Positions 58,253 to 64,000 of a stretch of DNA of 64,000 nt are shown in pieces. Numbering within the stretch: position 1 is the first letter of the stretch; every line of letters begins with the position of its first letter. The notes under the pieces were generated by a model that was given only the letters and a program-made list of their open reading frames with translations, made no database searches and was not told the DNA's origin. The stretch comes from Thermodesulfobacteriota bacterium (GTDB lineage Bacteria; Desulfobacterota_D; UBA1144; Nemesobacterales; Mycalebacteriaceae), in NCBI GenBank assembly GCA_965226585.1, contig OZ245366.1, forward strand, positions 1,248,001-1,312,000, given 5' to 3'. A program made the position numbers and the translations under genes.

Positions 58253-59692
58253 GTGGGCAAGGGAACTACATTTATAACGGTCGCCCTCGTGTACCTCGCA
58301 GTTCTTATTTCCCTTGCGGTTATAGGCAACAGAAAAAACAAGGGCGATGAGCACGAGTTCTTTCTCGCGGGCGGAAGCCTTGGAACCACAATCGGGTTTC
58401 TAACTTTTTTCGCCACCCTTTACAGCACATTCATTCTGATAGGAATGCCGAACTTCTTCCGCGTTCACGGCGTTGGAACGTGGATATTCCTCGGCGTTAC
58501 GGACATGGCGCTCGCCGTCTTCACCCTTTGGCTGTGCTTCAAACTGAAAGACCGCGTGGCTTCAAAGGATTTCCGCAGTATGTCTGATTTGATAAGAGAT
58601 TCATTCGGCGGATACGGCGTGGCGGTTTATGTAACCGGGCTTGTGATTTTTCTGATTCCATATATCGCGATACAGATAAAAGGCGCGTCCGGGCTGTTGT
58701 TCACAATTGTTCCGGAGTTCAGTCCTGAATACGCCATTCCGCAGTGGGGCTGGGCGCTGATAATTCTCGCGCTGATGTTTTGCTACTCGTCAATCGGGGG
58801 CTTGCGCGGAATCATGTATTGCGACGCGCTTCAGGGAATTATGCTGTTCACCGTGATATGGATAATGGCGGCTATCGCGCTGTCAAAATTCGGCGGTGTG
58901 GGCGAGCTGTTTCAAGCGGTGGCGGAAACCGATGAGCGATTACTTTCAGTTCCGGGGCCAAAGGGATTGCTGTCTGTTCAGTGGCTTCTCGCGGGATTTA
59001 TCTCCATCGTTCTTCTGCCGGTGTCTCAACCCCAGCTCACTTCGCGCCTGTCCATTCTCAAAGGGATAAACGAGCGGCGCAAGGTGCCGGTTCTGCACGC
59101 CTCTTTCACTTTTCTGCTTCTGATAGCGGGGCTGATAATCGGTCTCTACGGCGCGGTGTCAATCACGGCGAAAACGGGACCCGAATTCATAGGGAACTTC
59201 ATACTTGAACAAAACGCGACAATCGGCGCCATCGCCCTTATCGGAATTCTTGCCGCGGCGATGTCAACATCTGATTCTCAATTCTTCGCGCTCGGTTCGG
59301 AAATCAACAACGCGCTCGGCAGAATCAGCAGGAAACTGAAAATCTCGTCTGTGGTTTTCGTAAAATTGGTAATTCTGATATTCTGCGCGGCGGCGTTTAT
59401 TGTGGCGATGAAAAGCTCTCAGGGCATCATCTCTCTTGCCATATCGGGCTTTATGGGAACCGCCCTTATGGCTCCCATGGTGCTAACTTCAACCCTCACC
59501 CGCAACAGAAGGTTCGGGGCTTTCATTCCGGCTCTCACGGGCGTAACGCTTGTTGTGTTCCTGCTGTCCCTTTTCGGTGTTGCTCCAAACACCGCCGCGG
59601 GAATCCGCCTTGACCTCCTGCTTCTTGCCATAAACTCGGTTGCGGCGGCGGTCGCGGTTTTCCCGTCCGGGCGCGCGGCGCGGGAAGCCTGA
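58253..59692 (+). CDS. Sodium:solute symporter family transporter
   Basis: EFFLAGGSLG, ATLYS, YSSIGGLRG..YCDALQG, AAAMSTSDSQ; many TM segments. Confidence 0.92.
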   Translation: MGKGTTFITVALVYLAVLISLAVIGNRKNKGDEHEFFLAGGSLGTTIGFLTFFATLYSTFILIGMPNFFRVHGVGTWIFLGVTDMALAVFTLWLCFKLKDRVASKDFRSMSDLIRDSFGGYGVAVYVTGLVIFLIPYIAIQIKGASGLLFTIVPEFSPEYAIPQWGWALIILALMFCYSSIGGLRGIMYCDALQGIMLFTVIWIMAAIALSKFGGVGELFQAVAETDERLLSVPGPKGLLSVQWLLAGFISIVLLPVSQPQLTSRLSILKGINERRKVPVLHASFTFLLLIAGLIIGLYGAVSITAKTGPEFIGNFILEQNATIGAIALIGILAAAMSTSDSQFFALGSEINNALGRISRKLKISSVVFVKLVILIFCAAAFIVAMKSSQGIISLAISGFMGTALMAPMVLTSTLTRNRRFGAFIPALTGVTLVVFLLSLFGVAPNTAAGIRLDLLLLAINSVAAAVAVFPSGRAAREA

Positions 59693-59699
59693 CATCTCC

Positions 59700-61370
59700 G
59701 TGCCGCAAAACACCAACCCCAAATTTCAGCCTTCATCCCTGCCGTCATCATGCGGCGTTTATATGATGAAAAACTCTGAAGGGCGCGTGGTTTATATCGG
59801 CAAGGGCGCGGATTTGAGAAGCAGAGTCCGTTCCTATTTCAATCCCGGAAACGACTCAAGACCTCAGATTGAGTATCTGATGAGAGAGACGGAAAATGTT
59901 GACTACATCGTCTCACAAAACGAACACGAGGCGCTTATCCTTGAAAACTCGCTCATAAAAAAACACAAGCCGAAGTTCAACATACAGTTGAAAGACGACA
60001 AAACCTACGCCTCTTTGCGGCTTTCAATGAACGAAGATTTTCCCCGTCTTTCCATGACACGCGGGGCGCGGGCAGACGGCGGTTTTTATTTCGGGCCCTT
60101 TTCTCGCGGCGGGGATTTGAAAAAAACCGCGAAACTGGTTCACCGTCTTTTCCCCGTTAGAGACTGCACAAACTCGAAGTTCAAGCGGCACAGCCACCGC
60201 CCCTGCCTCAACTACGATATGCGGCTTTGCGCGGGACCGTGCGCGGGGAAGATAGACAGAGGAAGTTACCGCGACATCTGCCGGAGCGCGGCGGCTTTTC
60301 TTGGAGGCGACAGGGGAGGCGTCTCCTCGCTTCTCAGAAAAAAAATGAAAAAGGCGTCCGGTGAGATGAGGTATGAAGACGCTTCATATTACAGAGACCA
60401 GATTGAAGCCCTGAGGGCGGACGGCGGTTCTGAAAAAATCGCGTCATCAAGTTTTGCGGACAGAGACGTTATAGAAGTGGCGGCGGACGGGAAGGGGTTT
60501 GAGTTTGTGGTTCTTTTTCACAGAGGCGGCGGAGTGGCGGACAAGGCGGAGTTTTCCGCGAAAAACACGGGAGTTGAAACCGCCCGCGCTCTTGCCGAGT
60601 TCATGGGAAGGTTTTATGACGGGGGCAGACAGCCGCCGCCTGAAATAATTGTTCCACGCGCCCCGGAACACAAACACGCTTACGAGCAATGGCTGACGGA
60701 AAAGCGCGGCGGAAGCGTAAAGATAATAGTTCCGGCGCGGGGAATGAAGGCGAAACTTTTGCGCCTCGCGGCGGACAACGCGCGTGAATCGCTCAGAAAG
60801 AAACGCGCTTCAGAGCGGAAAGACAGAGACATTCCGCACCGCCTGAAAGTTGCTTTAAGACTGTCAAAAACCCCTCACACGGTTGAGTGTTTCGACATAT
60901 CAAACACTCAAGGGAAGCAGACAACCGGCTCTGCGGTAAGGTTTGCGGACGGCGAGCCGGACAAGCGGCGGTATAAACGCTACAAAATCAAAACCGTTTC
61001 CGGTCAGGATGATTTCGCGGCGATAAGGGAGATGCTTGTCCGCCGTTTGAAAAGAGCAAACGAACCCGGATGGGAACTTCCCGATTTGATACTCATAGAC
61101 GGCGGAAAGGGACAGCTTTCTGCGGCGGTTGAAGCGATAAAAGAGACCGGTTTTGAGGGAAAAATAGACATCGCCGCCATTGCCAAAGGGCGCACAAGAA
61201 AACAGGGCGATTCAATTCACGCGCCGGGAAGAAAAACCCCGTGGACGCCGCTGAGAGACAAAGACGGGTTGTTTCTTCTAATGCGTGTCAGAGACGAAGC
61301 CCACCGCTTCGCGCTGAGTTATCACAGAAAATTGAGAGAAAAAGAGTTTTTTAAAAGGAAAAAAGCATAA
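59700..61370 (+). CDS. uvrC: Excinuclease ABC subunit C, lacking the C-terminal HhH domain
   Basis: GVY...YIGK..DLR.RV.SYF, P.FNI.LKDDK.Y, Cys cluster, ECFDIS, DDFA, LIDGGKGQL, RDEAHRFA; start inferred at GTG 59700. Confidence 0.95.
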   Translation: MPQNTNPKFQPSSLPSSCGVYMMKNSEGRVVYIGKGADLRSRVRSYFNPGNDSRPQIEYLMRETENVDYIVSQNEHEALILENSLIKKHKPKFNIQLKDDKTYASLRLSMNEDFPRLSMTRGARADGGFYFGPFSRGGDLKKTAKLVHRLFPVRDCTNSKFKRHSHRPCLNYDMRLCAGPCAGKIDRGSYRDICRSAAAFLGGDRGGVSSLLRKKMKKASGEMRYEDASYYRDQIEALRADGGSEKIASSSFADRDVIEVAADGKGFEFVVLFHRGGGVADKAEFSAKNTGVETARALAEFMGRFYDGGRQPPPEIIVPRAPEHKHAYEQWLTEKRGGSVKIIVPARGMKAKLLRLAADNARESLRKKRASERKDRDIPHRLKVALRLSKTPHTVECFDISNTQGKQTTGSAVRFADGEPDKRRYKRYKIKTVSGQDDFAAIREMLVRRLKRANEPGWELPDLILIDGGKGQLSAAVEAIKETGFEGKIDIAAIAKGRTRKQGDSIHAPGRKTPWTPLRDKDGLFLLMRVRDEAHRFALSYHRKLREKEFFKRKKA

Positions 61371-61380
61371 AGCAAGGGGA

Positions 61381-61686
61381 CTAAAGTTTCGCGATAATGC
61401 GCTCAAGTTCTTCTACTGAACATTTCTTATATTTTTCGTAAATGCGTTTTGTGTTGCTTGAGAACTTATCCCAACTGCCAATCCCATCGAGAGATTGAAA
61501 GTTTCCTATTTTACAACGTATGGAGTTCTTACCGGGCTTCACATCCGGCAGTTCCGCCATTTCCTTGCAATACTGTGTCTGCCTCCCGCGAGGAGAACCT
61601 TCTTTTTGCAATTTTCTCATTATTAACAAACACCGAAGTTCGTTCTTATCGTTCCAACCGGAATTGCGTCTATATGTCATTCTCAC
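61381..61686 (-). CDS. Hypothetical small basic protein (AT-richer than its neighbours)
   Basis: ORF fills the uvrC-gloA gap; start overlaps the gloA stop (GTGA). Confidence 0.55.
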   Translation of the reverse strand: MRMTYRRNSGWNDKNELRCLLIMRKLQKEGSPRGRQTQYCKEMAELPDVKPGKNSIRCKIGNFQSLDGIGSWDKFSSNTKRIYEKYKKCSVEELERIIAKL

Positions 61687-62063
61687 TTCCTTTCTATCAA
61701 CTCAACCTTGTAGCCATCGGGGTCTTCCACGAAGGCGAGGATGGTTTTGCCGTGTTTCATTGGTCCCGGAGGGCGGACAACCTTGCCGCCGAGTTGCGCG
61801 ATTTTATCGCAGGCGGAGTTTATGTCTTCAACGGAAAATGCCATGTGCCCGTAAGCGGCTCCGTGTTTGTATTCGCCCACTCCGTAGTTGTATGTGAGTT
61901 CAAGAAACGGCTCCGTGTCGCCGCCGTATCCGAGAAACGCAAGGGTGAACTCGCCGTCCGGGTAGTCTGTGGTGCGGTGGTGGACAAGACCCAGAACATC
62001 GGTGTAGAAGCGGATTGACCTCTCCAAATCCCCCACTCTTATCATTGTGTGCAAATACTTCAT
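61683..62063 (-). CDS. gloA: Lactoylglutathione lyase (glyoxalase I)
   Basis: LHTMIRVGDLERSI.FY..VLG, LELTYN, AYGH.A, AFVEDPDGYKVELIE. Confidence 0.96.
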   Translation of the reverse strand: MKYLHTMIRVGDLERSIRFYTDVLGLVHHRTTDYPDGEFTLAFLGYGGDTEPFLELTYNYGVGEYKHGAAYGHMAFSVEDINSACDKIAQLGGKVVRPPGPMKHGKTILAFVEDPDGYKVELIERK

Positions 62064-62084
62064 AGCCGCCCGCAAAGTTCGCGG

Positions 62085-62414
62085 TCAGGAAAACTGACCC
62101 GCTATTGTGTTGCTGTAATAGTAGTTAATCAGGGTGTCCAGACGAAGGCAAAAAATCTCAACCGCTCTCGCGCTTTTTTCCGCCCCCCACTCGCTTTCCG
62201 CGCTTTCCTCCCGGTTTCCGAAACTCTCAACAAACGATTCTTTAAGCGCGTCCAGCTCCTCTTTCAGAACCGCCTCAATAATTGTTGTGTCCTGAACATC
62301 GTATTTCTTCTTCGCTATCGCCGCTTCAAAATCGGCAAAAACCGATTCGGGCTTCTCCCCCGGAAACTCGGAAAGACACAACTTGAAAATCTCGCTGAGA
62401 TTTGAAACGCACAT
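62085..62414 (-). CDS. Hypothetical acidic protein
   Basis: ORF abutting the M42 peptidase stop; no recognised motif. Confidence 0.6.
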   Translation of the reverse strand: MCVSNLSEIFKLCLSEFPGEKPESVFADFEAAIAKKKYDVQDTTIIEAVLKEELDALKESFVESFGNREESAESEWGAEKSARAVEIFCLRLDTLINYYYSNTIAGQFS

Positions 62415-63433
62415 CACACGCTCCCGATGTTCTCAACAACCCCCTTCATAAGTTTTATTGTCGCCTCAATGTCGCTTTTGCGGGCAATTGAACTGGGGCT
62501 GTGCAAATACCTTGTCGGCACGGAAACCGCCGCCGCGCGAGAACCTTTGCCCGTTACCTGCATGGCGGTCGCATTTGTTCCGCCGGCTTTCTTGACGGTG
62601 ATTTGCGCGGGAATTTTCTTTTTGTCGGCAAGCGATTTGATGAAAAAACTGAACTCCCTGTCCGCCACAAGGTAGCGGTCTGAAAGGCGGATTTCCGCGC
62701 CCTTGCCCGTGTTCGCAAGCGTTTTGTGCGGGGCAACTCCCGGCAAGTCCATCGCAACCGTTCCCTCAAGGGCGACCACAAAATCCGGCTCAACCGCAGG
62801 CGTTATAACCCTCGCCCCTCTAAGTCCGGGCTCTTCCTGAACGGTCATCGTAACAAACAGTTCGCAAGAAAGTTTTGGTTTTGCCGCAAGCATCTCAAGT
62901 ATGACGAAAATGCCCACTCTGTCGTCAATGGAGCGGGCGATTACGGAGTCTGCCGTCTCAACAAGTTCGGTGTCAAAAGTTACGGGGTCTCCGATTTTGA
63001 CGGACTTCTTCACTTTGTCCGCTTCAAGTCCGAGGTCAACAACGCAGTCATCAACATCGGGAACGCCCTTGTCTGCGCTTGTTTTGCTCACATGAGGAGG
63101 AATGGCGGCAACCATTGCGGGAAGCGGTTTTGTTCCGTGAACAACAAGCCGCTGTCCGTAGAAAACGCGAGAGTCAATCCCGCCGATGGCGTGAACCCTC
63201 ACAAAACCCCTGTCGTCTATGTGGCTAACCATAAAGCCGACCTCATCCATATGGGCGTCAACAACCAGTCTGGAACCTTTGCCGCCGATGCGGGCGATGA
63301 TGTTGCCCATCGTGTCAACGGAAATCTCTTTTGTGTATTTGCGGAGTTCTGTAAGCAGAAAATCCCTCACCGCGCCCTCGTCTCCGGCAATGGCGGGAAT
63401 ATCGCACAGTTTTTTCAGAAGTTTTGTGTTCAT
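62414..63433 (-). CDS. M42-family metallo-aminopeptidase
   Basis: D.MGN, DAHMDEVGF.V, GGID, DDRVG, VQEE.GLRGA, GGTNA, PTRYLHS; start placed at ATG 63433. Confidence 0.92.
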   Translation of the reverse strand: MNTKLLKKLCDIPAIAGDEGAVRDFLLTELRKYTKEISVDTMGNIIARIGGKGSRLVVDAHMDEVGFMVSHIDDRGFVRVHAIGGIDSRVFYGQRLVVHGTKPLPAMVAAIPPHVSKTSADKGVPDVDDCVVDLGLEADKVKKSVKIGDPVTFDTELVETADSVIARSIDDRVGIFVILEMLAAKPKLSCELFVTMTVQEEPGLRGARVITPAVEPDFVVALEGTVAMDLPGVAPHKTLANTGKGAEIRLSDRYLVADREFSFFIKSLADKKKIPAQITVKKAGGTNATAMQVTGKGSRAAAVSVPTRYLHSPSSIARKSDIEATIKLMKGVVENIGSV

Positions 63434-63523
63434 AAGGTTTGAATTATAGCCGAAAACGGTTTTGAAGGGGCGCGAGGGAAAACCGCCCCGCGTGCCAAGT
63501 ATAATACCGGCGGAGAAAAGAAG

Positions 63524-64000
63524 ATGGAAAACACCCCGCTTGCGGAGCGCATGAGGCCGCGCTCTCTTGACGAAATCGCCGGACAGAGCCACCTCGTTGG
63601 CGCAGACGGCGTTTTGCGCCGCGCTGTTGAAGGCGGCGGGGCTTCGCGCTCGGTGATTTTGTGGGGTCCTCCCGGAACGGGAAAAACCACCCTTGCCCGC
63701 GTTCTGACGGGAGACGGCGGAGGCGAATTTATTCATATGGACGCCGTTTCATCCGGCGTGAAAGAGATACGGGCGGCTCTTGCCCGCGCGGCGGAGGCAA
63801 AGGAAAACGGCGCAAGCGCGGTTCTGTTCATAGACGAAATTCACAGGTTCAACAAAGCCCAGCAGGCGGCGCTTCTGAAAAGTGTTGAGGAGGGGGAAAT
63901 CTCACTCATCGGCGCGACAACGGAAAACCCTTCGTTTGAGGTTATCTCCCCTCTGCTCTCCAGATGCGCGGTTTATAAACTTGAGCCGCTTGCCGAAAAA
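63524..64000 (+). CDS. rarA: Replication-associated recombination protein A (MgsA), 3'-truncated, not in the ORF track
   Basis: Manual translation MENTPLAERMRPRSLDEIAGQSHL...ILWGPPGTGKTTLA...LFIDEIHRFNKAQQ...IGATTENPSFEV...LLSRC. Confidence 0.96.
   Translation, partial: MENTPLAERMRPRSLDEIAGQSHLVGADGVLRRAVEGGGASRSVILWGPPGTGKTTLARVLTGDGGGEFIHMDAVSSGVKEIRAALARAAEAKENGASAVLFIDEIHRFNKAQQAALLKSVEEGEISLIGATTENPSFEVISPLLSRCAVYKLEPLAEK

Overview
Bacterial chromosomal window from a diderm organism (it encodes a secretin, Mla/Mce transporter and autotransporters). Gene content is loosely Desulfobacterota/Dadabacteria-like, which is an unverified impression. Most of the window is housekeeping: a 5'-truncated ptsP, an alr-orf-mlaEFD-smpB operon, metF, pdxH, the contiguous str-S10-spc-alpha ribosomal cluster (rpsL to rplQ, no rpmD, rpmJ missed by the ORF track), a DinG-family helicase, tRNA-Ser(CGA), rnr, a reduced pilM-orf-pilQ operon, tRNA-Phe(GAA), glnB, ispH, miaB, an SSS transporter, uvrC, gloA, an M42 peptidase and a partial rarA. 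Two accessory regions stand out. (1) 2126-13194 holds a 4-copy, 110-bp-period array of a 76-bp composite palindromic element (REP/dRS3/RPE-like), followed by three tandem autotransporter genes. Each gene carries the same element inside its coding sequence at the same homologous position. One copy is partly read in a different frame, the junctions are mosaic, the passenger repeats vary in number and sequence, and a T8 tract puts the signal peptide of the third gene out of frame. Together this is a candidate palindrome-anchored surface-protein diversification locus. (2) 44605-48676 is an islet after tRNA-Ser with an AT-rich N4-cytosine MTase plus CfrBI-like endonuclease, a rhuM gene bracketed by 116-bp direct repeats of the hicB 3' end, and an orphan hicB. 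All calls come from reading the sequence; no database searches were run.
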